DNA of 59,638 bases, counting the filler, from Sphacelaria rigidula (Eukaryota): assembly GCA_964200075.2 (NCBI GenBank). It is 9 parts of 9 records of this genome, joined end to end, with 100 filler letters (N's around TTAATTAATTAA, not from the genome) between each part and the next. Parts side by side here need not be neighbours in the genome. Positions count along the whole stretch, not along the records: positions 33,191 to 39,727 come from CAXNAA020019484.1; positions 39,828 to 46,364 come from CAXNAA020019485.1; positions 46,465 to 53,001 come from CAXNAA020019486.1; 6 more parts are not named here. One strand, given 5' to 3'. Made by a program: the position numbers and the translations under genes. Positions 36,781-50,223 of the stretch are shown here, one piece after another (the stretch's first letter is position 1; each line of letters starts with the position of its first letter). A model generated the notes under the pieces. It was given only the letters and a program-made list of their open reading frames with translations. It was not told where the DNA came from and did not search any database.

Positions 36781-39211
36781 ATGGTATGGTCATGGTATCG
36801 TACAACCAACTCCAGGTACACGCTCATTCAAGATGAAACGACTGCTCAGATGCAGTATGTTGACAAGTATTTCTCGCTTCAATTTCTCGAACCAAAAGCC
36901 CACGAGAGCGGGTGGGGGAATATCACGGGTTGTGTGCTTGGTGTTCACAGACCCATGGTACTACCAGGGAGTGCTGGGGTCGAGCTGTACAACACAAGCT
37001 GCGAATGCGCTAATGTGATGTCCTCGCGTAGTTATTATACCACAGCACTTACCCGTTTGAGCTCGATGCACATACTATCAAGCAGAGGATTCACGTCAGT
37101 GCATGTGCAGTGGTGGCGCAGGGATACGTTTTCAAGAGGATAGGCCGATGGCTGTAATATTGGTCTGCTCTACTGCCTGAGTGCAGGGTTACAGCCATCG
37201 GCTTGAGAACACTGACTGGAATATGACACCCCGTCTATACAAATGAAATACAACATGCTGCACGCGGTATACGTACTACGAAACGCCTCTTACCCATAAG
37301 CCATACGGCTAAGACCTGCCGTAACATCCCTCCCTTGCTTTGTGCGTATTTCCGACACGAGGCTAGAACAATATTGATACAAACATAACCGGAATAATTT
37401 TCTCGAATCTGTATTCCACCAGCTATTTTGTCATGCCAAAAGACAAGGAAAGCGCTAAATTTCAGGGCTACGGCTAACCGCAGGGAAAACGCGTCGTGAA
37501 TTTCGGGAAATGGGCAAAAGAAACTGTTGTTCAGACAACTGTGGGATTGTTTGGGAAAGGTCGTTCGGAATGAAACATGTCGGACAGCATTCGGGAATAT
37601 CGTAGTACATCTTTCCCTGTTCAAAATCGGAATTTCCTTGCCTAAACGCTTTATACCCGTTACAATGAACGACTGCTTTCCAAGAAAACCATCCGTTATT
37701 TCAGGACTTTCCCTGAGGTCTAATCCTAAGCCTGAGGTTGTCACAAATCCTATTCGAGGGGGAGGATGCCAGTGTTTTCCGTCGCTGGATCAAACCCCGT
37801 TTGGGACCGTCAGGAGTGATATTCAAACTACAGTTGATGCGGGTTCTAAATTTAGAGAAACGGCCCGGATTTTGCAAGCGCGTTGCACTACAGTAGTATT
37901 GTTCGACAGCCTCACCGCGAAACCGGTTCTCAACACAGCCACGGCGGAAGTGGCCATACAAGGCGTAATAGCTGGTTCAGACTTGATGAAGCACCTCGCA
38001 TGGGCAATACTGGCGAAACAACCCCAAGCGTAGGACTAACCCTTACCCCCGTTGTGTGTGTCTGCAGCTTTATTGTGGGGCATCCATTCGATCCAACTAA
38101 CGACTGTACTCCACTCTGGTGTACTGGTATATCTCAGCAGACTGCTGAATGATGCTGCGTTTCAAAGATCGCTGGCGTCTGTCGCCGCATTGGATCGTTC
38201 CGCTGATGGCGGTCGTCACCGGCGCAACAGCATGAAGTCTCTCGCAGATACTCAACAAGAGGCACTCGAAAACTCGATGACTAGTCCAAAGAAGTATGTT
38301 TTCAGCATGCTTTGTTACGTGTTCCGTAGCGCTCAAACGTAGGTCGTGCTCAAAAGATGCCGCACAATCAATGACGGCGGTTTTTGTGTTGGACTGCTCA
38401 TCATCATGCTTGCGCTGTCGTACAGAAACTTCTGGGTCAGGGTTACATGGTCGAAACTGGTTGCGAATCTCGAGCCTCTTGGGCGAAACAAATGAAATTT
38501 CGATGGTCAGTTGAACCTCACCCAAATGTTGGACCTCAAAAACGAATCTAGGCTGTCCTCATGTTCGTGCTCATAGACCTCGTTTTTTTTATGCAATCAA
38601 GCGCTACAAAGACAGTGTCCGAGTAGGAATCCTGCGCCCACCCTTTTTACAAGGCTGATACTATGCAGGGCGGCTTATGTACTCTTACAAGAAAAGAGTG
38701 ATGCACCCTCACGGTCGAAGCAACGTTCACCAAGGAAATAAGGGAGTGTTACACACCCGGAACGACAAAAAAAGAAGGTATCGTCGGAAATGGGGTTCAA
38801 TATCGCGGTGAAGTTGACCCTATTATTGTCTGAAATTCTCTATTTTTGTGCAAATGGCTAGAACAACGCAAACGATTTTGCCTAGTATATTTTTGCTGAA
38901 AGCTAAGCAGGTGTGTGGCTGGGTGTCAGCCCAAGTATCATGTACAGCCGCTCCCTACCGCAGGACAGCAATACAGATTGCGATTAGGGACATGTAATGT
39001 AGGACCCACGACTATGGAGATTTTCTTGACATGCCTAGTGAAATAAGATTTCTCGGGCAGTGGCTTAGCTGCTGCTGGTGTGGTCCACATGGGGACTGGT
39101 ATACTGTCATCTGTGTCGCGGCGCGCTGCGTCTGATGTGCAGCAGTTGAGAGAAGGCATACCCACATTTGCATACCTGCGTGTATTTGTTTGTACGCTTT
39201 CGAACAAAAAC
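36781..39211 (+). CDS. Hypothetical protein, partial; exons 36781-36911, 37814-38029, 38141-38293, 39061-39211
   Basis: Four AG/GT-bounded open segments with compatible phases (2,2,2,0) give a continuous stop-free product MVWSWYRTTNSRYTLIQDE...LMKHLAWAILAKQPQALLNDAAFQRSL...PTFAYLRVFVCTLSNKN. No family recognised. Confidence 0.65.
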
Positions 39212-39727
39212 GTAAGGGAAAACATGTCGAATATTTCACAAGTGCTGAGAAGTCACGGCTCTATTGACCACACGAAACTACCATCGGACAAGTATCGTGA
39301 CAGACACGTGCGATGGTTGGATGACCGTGTTGTCACGTGCTTCAACACGTCGCCATCCCTCACGCAGCAGCTCAGCTGTTCTTTCCTTATCGCACATGTT
39401 GTTGCTTCCCTCTATAAAGCCCCTACAATGAGTTGTGACTGAATGTAGACTCAACAAAGTGTTGCTTTGTTCTACAACAAAAATGAAAAGAGTCTGAAAC
39501 CAAGTTATTCTGATCGCCTCAAAACGGGTATCCCTAGGCAAGAGAATAACGCACTGTCCTCGGCTGCTCGTCTCAGGCGTCACGAAAAACAAAGTCAGCC
39601 TTTTTCAAACATATCCGAAAATTGTATAGACGGCGGGAAAGGGGGGGGGGGGGGGGGCAAACTCTTTTTTTTTTTTCCTTGTTCTTTTGCCCATTGCCCC
39701 CCCACCTCTTTCGTGGGGGAGACCCGT

Positions 39728-39827
39728 NNNNNNNNNNNNNNNNNNNNNNNNNNNNNNNNNNNNNNNNNNNNTTAATTAATTAANNNNNNNNNNNNNNNNN
39801 NNNNNNNNNNNNNNNNNNNNNNNNNNN
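39728..39827. other. Artificial contig spacer
   Basis: N44-TTAATTAATTAA-N44. Confidence 0.99.
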
Positions 39828-41272
39828 CTGTAGACGGTACGTGGAGCTGCGGCACAAAACACTACAGACTGCTGCTGTGCACAGTTATGCAGCGTAATGC
39901 AATAATAGCAGCTCTTCAGATTCCACAGCACTACTGCACTGTCTGCAGGCGCGTGGGTGATGACTCTCACAACTATGTGCCTAATATGAACCCCCGGACC
40001 CTTCCGCCGTAGAAAAGGCGTTTTGGTTTATGTCAAAGGAATGATTCTGAACCCAAAAGGTGGATAGTCTTACTCAGTCTTCCAGCGGGGGGGTCGCTGT
40101 CTAAGGGTTAAACGCGCTTACGGGGTTAATGCCTAATTATGGGCAGTTGCTTCCACTAAATTCAACTTCGAATCGATTTTAGGAGCAACGATCTTCACAA
40201 CAGGCGTGTTGCCGATAAATAACGCTCATTCATACTGCTTGACGCCGTTTTACCCAAATACACGCGCACGGCGAGTGTGTCGGATTGTCCGAAACATCTA
40301 TGAGTCTTTTCCCCTGGAATCAAACACCCAACCTATTGTAGCACGGCTCTGTATGTACTCTCCTGCGCTGTACCGGTAACACCGCATGGGTGGGCGCAGA
40401 GTACAAGCGCGGAAAAGCACGGCGCAACTTGTACCTTTTGAACTCATGACAGCGACCACGTGGCATTCGGAACAGAAAATACAGAACCCTCAAAAGTTTG
40501 CCACGGAACACACCTACGTGGAAACAAACCTGGGGTTCAAGCGTAAACAATCCAGTCGTTTCTCGCCGTTATCCCTGAGTTCAGTTTTTTTTTCCCGAAA
40601 CTCTCTATTATCTAGTTTTCGCTGAAATTTCAAAGGCCCATAACTTTTCTTTTTTTTTCTTTGCTGGTCCCGTGATCTTCTACATTTCGATCATGAAAAG
40701 CTGCTGTCAAAATTTCAGCGTCCAACTCCTGACATCGCGCCGTGCGTCGCCTGAGCGAGATTCACACCTGCTCTTGGCTGGCCCAGGTCGTAGTCAAGAC
40801 TGGTGGATGTGGTACGGCATTTCGCACGCCGACGTGATGTGCACAACCAGCGCATGCGTCATGGTCTACATTTCTTTCTGCGGCATCTTACCTCGACCAC
40901 TGTAGTTCAGTGCTGCGAAGCCTTGAAACTATCCTGTGACGCCAGACGCTTTCCTCCAAGCATGCAGGTGACGAGTTCAGGGAAGGAGTACTGGTACGGC
41001 CAACGATGATGATCGAGCAACATGATTTGTTGTCGCTTTACAAATGTCATCATGTTTTTGAAACGCGTTGAACACATGTCATTATCTTCCGAGTCGAGAC
41101 ACAGCTAGACCTCACCTTTTATCTTTCACAAACCCCATGCGGGGGTAGGGAGGACACCGGATACAACAATATTACGTCTCTCATTGGGGTGGCGCTGCAG
41201 TTGATTCGTAGGCCACGTGGGTGCTTTGTCCAGTGCACAAATTTTCTCCGTAGGACCACATCAACAAGAACG

Positions 41273-44067
41273 ATGGCGTGCAGCAATTCGACAAACGGAG
41301 TAACAGCAACCGCTGGTCTGTTGCTGGTGTGCTGGGCATGCACCTGGTCTCCCGTTGACTGCTTCGTTGTGGGAGGTGGGAAGGCCTCAGCTAGTGGAAG
41401 CAGACTGGCTGTGACAAGTGCCCATCACCCGGTGAGATGTGTACATTACAGCTACAGCACTGCGCTTGAGCCTACAGTATACTTGTGCAACGTCCGCGTT
41501 TGATGTTTGGGGTGCAGTACATACAAATAATTTCATGTCACATGAGACGTAGACGGAGCTCCGCTCAGATGATGCGATCAGGCATGACCGCTCTCCTGCT
41601 CTGCATGACCGCTCTCCTGCTCTATATTTCAGCAGTTGGGCTGACGGACTGTTAGCTGACAGGGAGCGCCTTTCTTTTCGAAAGCTCCGCCTCAAATACG
41701 CTCTATAAATAATGCAATCATCCCTGGAATATCGCACTGGTGCCTGCTGAGGCTGGTGCATGGGCAGAGATGCTGCAATCGGCCGACGCGTGTCGTTTAT
41801 GTCCGTTCTTCTTACCCTCTACATTCGCCGGGTATGTCCGCGAGTGATGACGAACCTTCTTCAGTCTTGGTGTGCTTGTAAAGCAGGCCGTGTAATCTCG
41901 AGAAATACCTAGTTATTGAGGCTCTCGACTTGATAACGCCAACAAAATATCGTGCGGTGATTGTACAGGTTCGAATGAATCAACCTTGACGATTGGGAGA
42001 GGAGGGGGGGAGGGCGGGTTTCTACGTAACTTACTGTCCTTGGACTTCAGGTCAGGCATGGACTGCTTTGCTATCCAAGAGTCACGCAGGGGTATTTTTT
42101 CTACAATAGTGCCTACTTTTAGCCATACACACACCGGGAGGATAGTGCTCTTGCGCATGTCGAGGATACTTTACACGATGGCGTCAGCTATTCGGCGCGT
42201 GTGTGTGCCAACTCATGAACCGTGTTGCGCGAAAAAAAAAAATCGGAACAGAATTCGACCGCTTTTCCCCCTTGTGCACACTGCTGCAACGCGCAGCACC
42301 AGAGATAGTGGTGTGGAACTGTTGACTGTGGTTCTCATAACATATGACCGAAGTTACAGCATCTTTGATCGTCTACAGCGCGCGTAAGGCCGTGCGTCAT
42401 GAACTGCGCACCTCTGCAGACAATATGCCGATCGGTACAGTACCTATGGTCATGATCCAGAAAGGGTCACGGGTGTCAGTTTGCTACAATATCGGCCGCC
42501 CAGCCGCTCAAGATGTCGAAGTTGGTGGACGTGCGCGTGCATATGTGCATTCATCTCTAGTGCACGAAGTCTGGATTGCAGGATAGCCGCTTTGAGGGCG
42601 CATCGACGGCATTCCCCGAAATTGCTTGTGGCCATCTCAGTAATTTGTGCGGGGCCCGATTGTGCGGGCGCTTGGCGCATATGTTGCCTCGTTTGAAATC
42701 ACGCCGGGTTTGGGAACGTAAATCTGCATCGTTTGGGAACGCAGTTCTGAATTTGCTTATACACACACACACGGGGGGTCACTTGAGTTTTGGTGAATCA
42801 TGACGGGAGATGAAAATACATGATGACGTTTTCAAGAAGGTATTGTCATCCTCTCTTCGTCTTTTTTTGCTCACCTAGCGCCTGCTTTCAAAGTGAGAAA
42901 ATGACAGAGAGTCGAGGGACGCCCATCCTGTGAAACGTTTTATGTCTTGCTCGAACAACGTAGCAAATACTGTTGATCAAGACTTTTTCCACGGCTCTGT
43001 TGTTTCAAAAAAGCAAGAGCAAGAAACCTCTCGGGAGGAAAATGTCAGCTTGGAATGCAAAATTCGAGAACCCAGGCCGTCGACATTTTTGGTTCGATAA
43101 TCATGTCTATTCCTGTCGTATTTTATTCATAGACACCCAGGCATTGCTCAGGAACTCCAATGCATTTGTTACTCCGCTGTAACCGTCATGATGCCTCACT
43201 GCCCAGAAGGTAATACATGTACCAGTTCAAGTCACATCGTGGAATCCCCCCCTCCCTCCCTCCCTACACCCGCTCTTTCGCCCCCCGCCCCCTGGACAAC
43301 ATCATCGGGTGATCAGTATTCGGGTTACCTTTTGCACAGGGTCGGTATCCACGGCACCATATAGGAGTACGTGGAATCGCGCACACGCGCAGGTATTTCT
43401 ATCGGGTGGTGCGTTCCCACTGTGCACAACTCGACACCCTGGGATCTTGCACCGATTTGACCGACATCTAGCGTTCCTAGACCCTCTTCCCACTCCCGCG
43501 CCCTGCAAGAATATTTCATCACTTTCAGCAACTTGGAGTCCGATTTCTTCTCTACACTGCGCATACATGACGCAAATTTAATCTTTGCGCCTCGTCCTTC
43601 CTTCAACCCCCCCCCCCGCTCGCCTGCCTCTTACAGGCATTCACCGCACTATCTGCGCAACGAACTCATGCAGTTTCTGCAACAAGATCAGCAACGAGCA
43701 TGACCATGTTATCGATGAGGAGGCGGCGAGGTCGCGATGAAGGAGAGGGGGGCCTTCTTGTGCGCCCGCGATGGAGGTGGATAATGACCGACTTGAGAAG
43801 GACGACGACAACATCTCGCGGGCGGCTGATGGGATCGACAGCCATTGCGGCAAGCGAATCTGACCGCGTCGGGGAGGAATCTGGATATGGATTCGATGTC
43901 GACGACAATGATTATGGAAGTGATGCTTGTTTAGCGAGTATGGCAGAGGGGGGCAGGGAGGTGCGACTGGAGGGGGCAAGAAGGGAAGCAGGGCTTCGGA
44001 AATTGTTGCGGCCGGCGGCGATGTTGCGATTCTTCAGGGAGCTCGTGGCGCAGGGTCTCCAGGCGAG
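41273..44067 (+). CDS. Putative plastid-targeted protein, 5' part; exons 41273-41431 and 43637-44067
   Basis: MACSNSTNGVTATAGLLLVCWACTWSPVDC-FVVGG is a hydrophobic signal peptide followed by Phe. Donor CCG|GTGAGA; a phase-compatible second exon after TTACAG is Ser/Thr/Arg-rich, then acidic, and ends FFRELVAQGLQAR|GT. Confidence 0.55.
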
Positions 44068-44974
44068 GTGAAGACCAGCGATACCCGTGCATGGGTTCTT
44101 TTGTTTTGTTGGATTTTAGTAGAAGAAAAATCATCACCCGGTATCACGCATAAATCTGGTATTTCGTACAGGCAAGACGCGAATTTGTGGTGTTCAGACC
44201 CTGTCTCACCTCAATTTTGCGAGTTAGACCTTGAAATTTGGTTGGGAGCAAGAATAGGGCATGCTACTACGCTGTCGCGCAGGACGCAAAGTTTTTGTTT
44301 TTTTTTAGTTAACGGTGTTTTACTGATATCAAGATACTGACTGTTGCCCCTAACCCTTTTGGGACCGGACCCCAACTAACACAGGGTTGATCCTGTGTTG
44401 GTGGAATAATCAAAAATAAGTCTTCGAGCGACCTGCCCAATCACGGCGAGGCGAAATTTATCGACCAGACCCGAACGACCTACGCGGGGATTGTTGTCGA
44501 GTGTGATGTCACTGCAAAGATCGTGTGGAGGCCCTATCCCTGGCCAAGATAAGCCTTCCCAGGTTTTCAAGCGCAGGGTGGTCGCAGCTTGGTTTTATGA
44601 TATTACTTGCACTCAGTATATCGTTCCCGAGTTTTTCTGGACTGGTTCTTGGGTCCCATTTCTATACTGAAACGTAGTCATTTACCCTAACACAGGGTGG
44701 ACCGGAAAACACGAGAAAGAGTGTACATGCTATCATGTTGTCATTTTCACGAGGCACAAAATCCAAGGGGGCTGTGGAAAGACAAAAGGAGCAACCGTCA
44801 TGAATTCTGCTTGTTTCTCTGCCAATGACTTGCAGTGTGCAGTCCACATGTATGTAGTGGACGGGGATGACAAAGCTTCATATAGGTAGCTGAGAATTGC
44901 CCAGAACGTGCGAGAAAGCATGCAGCGGCAGCTGCTGCTGCCGTCGGAGAGGCGTACCACACTGTACTGTACTA

Positions 44975-46104
44975 CAGTCTGGGCCGCCCAAGACGCGGAC
45001 AGGGATGTGAGCACGCGATTTAGCAGCTGAATTTCAGGTTATTTACTGTGAATTTTTGACACGATGTACAAGATGTATGTGCGAAGACGCCACCTTTTCC
45101 ACCCTACATTTTTTCTTTCTCTTTTTTGGAGTTATTCACGATTTTGTTCCGAAAAACTGTTCTGAAATGTTTGGTCGCTGATAACTCACGGAGAAGAACA
45201 CAAAAGTGTAGGGTGGAAAAGGTGGCGTCTTCGCACATACATCCTGTACATCGTGTCAAAATTTCATAAAAAACGACCTCAAATTAAGTTGCTAAATCGC
45301 GTGTTCGTATTCCAGACTGGTTCCTATGTGGAGATGGACCAGCCACGAAAAAATGAAACGCGGTTGGGCTGTTCACTTTCAAGTTTTTTTTCACGAAATT
45401 CCGACACGATGCGCATGAGATGTGTTGTGAAGTCCCTTTGTCCCTCCTTGACATTGGTGTTCTTACTCAATGACTTGTCGACGCTTTTGTACCCGGAAAA
45501 CTGTTCCGAAATTCAGATCACCAGTAACTCACGAGAGGAAGAGAAAATACAAGAGGGGGAAACGGTTGGGGCGTGACATATACCTGATGTATATCGTGTC
45601 GAAATTTCATGGAAAACGACTCGGAATTGAGCAGTGAAATCGCGTTTTTCTGTCGAGAACCGGTTCACTTGCTCTCAGAGGACAACCTCAGCCCGAACTT
45701 TGACGTTTTCTACAAGCCCGACGCCTTCGGACGCTGGACGTCTCGTCTGCGTGCCACCTCAGACCCTGCGCGCGTACAGTACGACATGGAATGTTGTACA
45801 ACCACAACTAGTGCAGCACCATCACTTTGCGGCCGCGGCACAACCGACTGTAACAGTAAATGCGATTTCAGCCGGGGTTTTTTCTAATTCCGCCGCACAT
45901 GCCAGTCTCAACTCTCTACACTTCGCAGCTGACTACAGTTTGGCATTCGCATGATGGGAACTTGTCGGATTGCAGTGCTACGTGAAGTAAAAGACGCGCG
46001 TTGATTTGCAGATCAGCACAATGTGTCATGGTGGGCACAACTCGCGATAGATTGTCAGTTAGACCCGGCTGGAGGAAAGTCTGCTTCTTAGGCGGCCCAG
46101 CCTG
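44975..46104. mobile_element. Non-autonomous Tc1/mariner-type element (1130 bp), complete
   Basis: Left [29 protein letters not shown] versus reverse-complemented right end CAGGCTGGGCCGCCTAAGAAGCAGAC. TA at 44973-44974 and 46105-46106. Second copy in contig 3. Confidence 0.88.
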
Positions 46105-46364
46105 TAATACATGGTGTTGTACGCATGCGCGCCGCAACGCTGATACCCTTCGAAGAGGATTTGCCGCATGTAACAAAGAGGAAAATGGCCGCCCACCACG
46201 ACCACAAAGGACTGTGTGGCAAGGTGGTGGAGACGAAAGTATCATCCAAAGCCACAAGTGGCGGGCGGCTTGCCGGTCGCCGCATCCTGTTGAAAGCTCT
46301 CTACCACAACCCATACTACTTGCTACATCAGATGTACACCACCTAATGCGCACCCTGCACCTGA

Positions 46365-46464
46365 NNNNNNNNNNNNNNNNNNNNNNNNNNNNNNNNNNNN
46401 NNNNNNNNTTAATTAATTAANNNNNNNNNNNNNNNNNNNNNNNNNNNNNNNNNNNNNNNNNNNN
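46365..46464. other. Artificial contig spacer
   Basis: N44-TTAATTAATTAA-N44. Confidence 0.99.
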
Positions 46465-46532
46465 CTTTATTCTGTGGTATCGCCACTTCCAGAGACAGCC
46501 ACAGCTTTTACACTGCCTCATGGGTGGCTAGG

Positions 46533-46724
46533 GTACATTTGTTGCTGGTCTTAGTCGTCTGACCATTGACCACGCATCCCTTTCGAGACAGAGCATCGCT
46601 CCTACTTTTACTAAAGACACCTCCAACATTTTGGTGCTCAATACGTTTCTTCCATACACTACACAAATAAATTTTACATATTTTATCCCCGTCCTATTTC
46701 GCCCTCTGTGGCCACCATCTACCT
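46533..46724 (+). repeat. Dispersed repeat (TGACCATTGACCACGCATC family)
   Basis: Colinear with 51004-51196; fragments also at 53102-53167 and 19915-19976. Confidence 0.85.
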
Positions 46725-47057
46725 TCTATCAAGGGGGGGGGGGGGTGACATGTTTCTCGTTTTGTTTCATGCCTTTACCGTCCTTTTGCTCAAGATAAAT
46801 CCATAGTCTCGAGGAATCGGCTCAACTCTCCCCTGGTGTTTGCCTCACGTGTTGATAGCACGGAATGAGTCAGTACTCGCGCGCCGCGTCGACTCTGGTC
46901 CAACGTTCCAGGCTTGCGTGAAGTAGTTTTAGTTTTTCAAGCTGGTCCGGTATGGTTTACATGTACGCATATTTCGGGTAGTCTTCCCCCCTCCCCAATG
47001 TTTCAGCTCTATTGTTTGTGCTTTTATTTCGCGTCTTTGTGTGTGTGTTGTTCACAG

Positions 47058-48178
47058 GGAGAGTTACGAGGGAAGGGTCTGGAGGAGTTCAACAAACGCC
47101 ACAAGCTGGAGTCGAGCGAGAAGCGACAGCAAGAGCTCGACAGGTGAGATGCAGTCGCTCTTTTGTCCTATCCAATGAAATGACACCCTCGTGTGAGAGG
47201 GCTCACCGCATGACTTACGTGTATTTGTGTTGTGTGTATGCGGGTTACTGTGATGCGTATGGATGTGCTCATCTTTTCTGCAGCTCAACTCGATACTGCT
47301 TTGGTGATGTCGAGATTTGCAGGCGCTTTTTTCGGGATACCGACAAGACTTGGAACGAGCACGCACATTGTTTTGTTGTTGTCGACTGCCCTCTTTGCTG
47401 CCGGCAGGGTCAGGTACGCGCGATGCTGCAAAGCCTGTGAAAGAGTGACCAACCGAGATACAACAGACACAACTCGAATCAAGGATGAAAACACAATTAA
47501 ACGTGCGACGTTTTTCGTGATTCAGGCACGCACGTCGTACTCCATTATGGCATACTCCGGTATGCCATACTCCAGTATTATTTTTCTTATTCCAGTCACT
47601 ATGAACCCCTCACCGTCCTCGGGATAAGTCCGTGGTCTGAAGGGATCAAGCGATGTCTCCCCCGGTACACGCCTTGCATTTTGATCTCGCGGATTGGATC
47701 ATGACCATCAACACTACCGCACCGCGTCGTCTATCGTCGAACAAACTCAGCCGAACTCTCCTTGCTACTCACGTACGTCCTCACGCTTTCAACCATGGGA
47801 ATCAGGCATTTCGAAGAATAAACCGAAACTCATCTAGCGGGAATCGAATTCGCGCCATTTCCATCCTACTGGTGTCTGTTGAGCCATTTTAATTGACCAC
47901 ACCGGGTTGCGGCGGTTAGTTTATTTATGTCGTTCCTCCGTATGTGTCATACTCCAGTGTGTGTATGTATGTATGATTATGGGTTTTGTGACGTTGTCCT
48001 GGCCGGTGATCGTCACAGGTATGTGGCGGCGTCATCAGCTGAGGAGGTGACCGCCAACATGTCCTCTTCGGTGGAGCACGGACTAATGGCCAAGGCAAAG
48101 TCAGACAAACGAAAAGCAAAGGAGCAAGCGGAAACCACCAAGGAGCTGCTTGCAATAGACATGCAGGCGGCCGGAAAG
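47058..48178 (+). CDS. Two internal exons (47058-47143, 48019-48178) of a charged, coiled-coil-like protein
   Basis: CACAG acceptors, GTGAGA and GTAAAA donors, compatible phase. Reads GELRGKGLEEFNKRHKLESSEKRQQELDR-YVAASSAEEV...KAKSDKRKAKEQAETTKELLAIDMQAAGK. A further candidate exon lies near 49310-49493. Confidence 0.7.
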
Positions 48179-48486
48179 GTAAAAAGCCTACAGCGCCGGG
48201 CAAAAATGTGGTCAACTGTTATGCCCGTGAATGAAGGCCTTACCGACCCAAAATCCGTTGTCAACAAAAAACAAAATGAACGCGGAGGGATATGGAAGAA
48301 GTCTTGAAGACGCCATTGACTGGTCGGACCTGTGCCGAACCTCTGCCGAACAGAATACACGCTCCATCCCAAGTTATCTAGGTTTAGTATACGACAGCTG
48401 TAATTTTTTCATCGCATTTTTCTCGAGACAAGAAGCAAACCGGCCTGTGGCACTTGACAGCCCCCCGCACACACACTAAATCTATT

Positions 48487-48634
48487 CAGTGTGGCGGCGG
48501 ATTTGCTCAATTCGCCACAGCGGATCCGACAAGCCCCAGAACGTTGAAGAAAACGCGTTTTTTAGTACATTTCGGCGGTTTGCAAAGTGCTGCGGGCTCC
48601 GCGGCACGCGTTACGGAAATCCGCCGCCACACTG
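48487..48634. mobile_element. Small MITE with a perfect 18-bp TIR (hAT-like CAGTG terminus)
   Basis: CAGTGTGGCGGCGGATTT / AAATCCGCCGCCACACTG. No clear 8-bp TSD, so the superfamily is uncertain. Confidence 0.7.
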
Positions 48635-49776
48635 ACTAGTTTTGGTGTGTGGGAAGCGCACATCAAACCACAGTCAAATCCTCTGCTTCGTTGCCGAGGA
48701 GTTTGCCTTGAAAGATGAGCACAGCAACGTACTGCAACAAGAGGGGTACAACAACACGAGCAGCAGCTTCTATCCTCCTGTTGTTGTAACCCTGTGTACA
48801 GGTGTACAGCAACGTCAGTCACAGGGTTGCTGTAAAATGTACTATAGAAATATTATATTTTGTATGAGCGTCGTCGTCATTTCGAGTGAGGTGCGTACTT
48901 ATGATTGATACTGATTGGCTCATTCAGGCTTCATTTTTTCTGCATTCAACTGACTGTGCAATTGTTCGGTCCATTTTCCCTGTATATAGTGCCCAAAATC
49001 GGGCCCCATTCACGGGCATAACTGCAGGAGGGTGCGGTAGATAACAAGAGGATAGCCCCCCCCACACACACACACACACCCTCACCGCCCCGCTTCTCCA
49101 TGTTGATAAGAAATCTGCTAACCGGATTTCTCGGTGATTGTGCCTAGTCAATAACGCTAAAGTATGTGTGATTTTTGGAGATATGTATTCCGAAATGGAA
49201 ATCGGTCGACGTGTACAGGTGGCGGCAGCACTTGAGAAATAACCAGGCGAGAAATCGAGGCTAATTTTTTTCAGTATTTAAGAGATTGATAGTAAGAAAT
49301 TTTGCTCAGATCGGAGCGAAATGAAGGGTAAGAAATTGAAAGATGCAAGAGGCTCGGCGGATAAGAAATCTGTCATCGACACTGCAGCCCTGGAAAATAA
49401 GGAACCGGTCTCAAACCCATCAGCCCCTCGACGCAAGGATGTCCCACCCCTCTCTACCCCGCCCCCTTCTAGAGAATACGGCACAACAGTCAGTACGTAT
49501 TCGTGTGCAGTACAGTACTAAAGGGATTGTACAATGACTAATACACTGCAGTGTACATGATCGGAAGATGATCACTGCCGGCGCACAAGAAGGTGCTCGC
49601 TGGTCAAGCGATCAGTTGGACAATGTGTCTGCTGGTACGCACCTACCTGCGGTACTGCATACCTCTGTACCGCTGTATTACACCGCAGTGCCCGGAGTGA
49701 TCCCCTGCAAAGCTTCAAGTTCGATTGGCTGCAGCGGCTGCAGTGCAGAGTACAACCGTGTTGTTCTCCGTGAAAC

Positions 49777-50223
49777 AACAGCTGATCATGGAGACTGAGA
49801 ATGGAGATTTTCAGTTGAGAATGGGAACCCGGAGAAAGAAAATCCTCGTCTCCACGCCAAATCTTGGAAATATGGTTCCATTCCTTCACCCAGTGGTAGC
49901 TATTGACAACCACGACACGCCATACAAATTTGGATTTCGATCACCGAAATGTTCGAGTCTCAGGTTAAAACTCGAGTTCGGGGAATTTAGGTGATACGAT
50001 CGGATCACCTAAGGTTCCCCAAAATTGTTTCTTCACATAGGACCCCAGTATTTCGGTAAAATGAATCCAAATTTGTGAAGCGTGAAATAGTTGTCAATAA
50101 CTACGAGTAGATGAAGGAATGGAACCATATTTCCAAGACTTGGTGTGGATACGAAGATTTTATTTCTCCGGGTTCTCATCCTCAACTGAAAAGCTCCATC
50201 CTCAATTTCGATAATTGACTATT
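49777..50223. mobile_element. Fold-back element with imperfect arms of about 190 bp
   Basis: TCTTGGAAATATGGTTCCATTCCTTCA pairs with TGAAGGAATGGAACCATATTTCCAAGA; TTTTCAGTTGAG pairs with CTCAACTGAAAA. A further end fragment lies at 13277. Confidence 0.85.
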
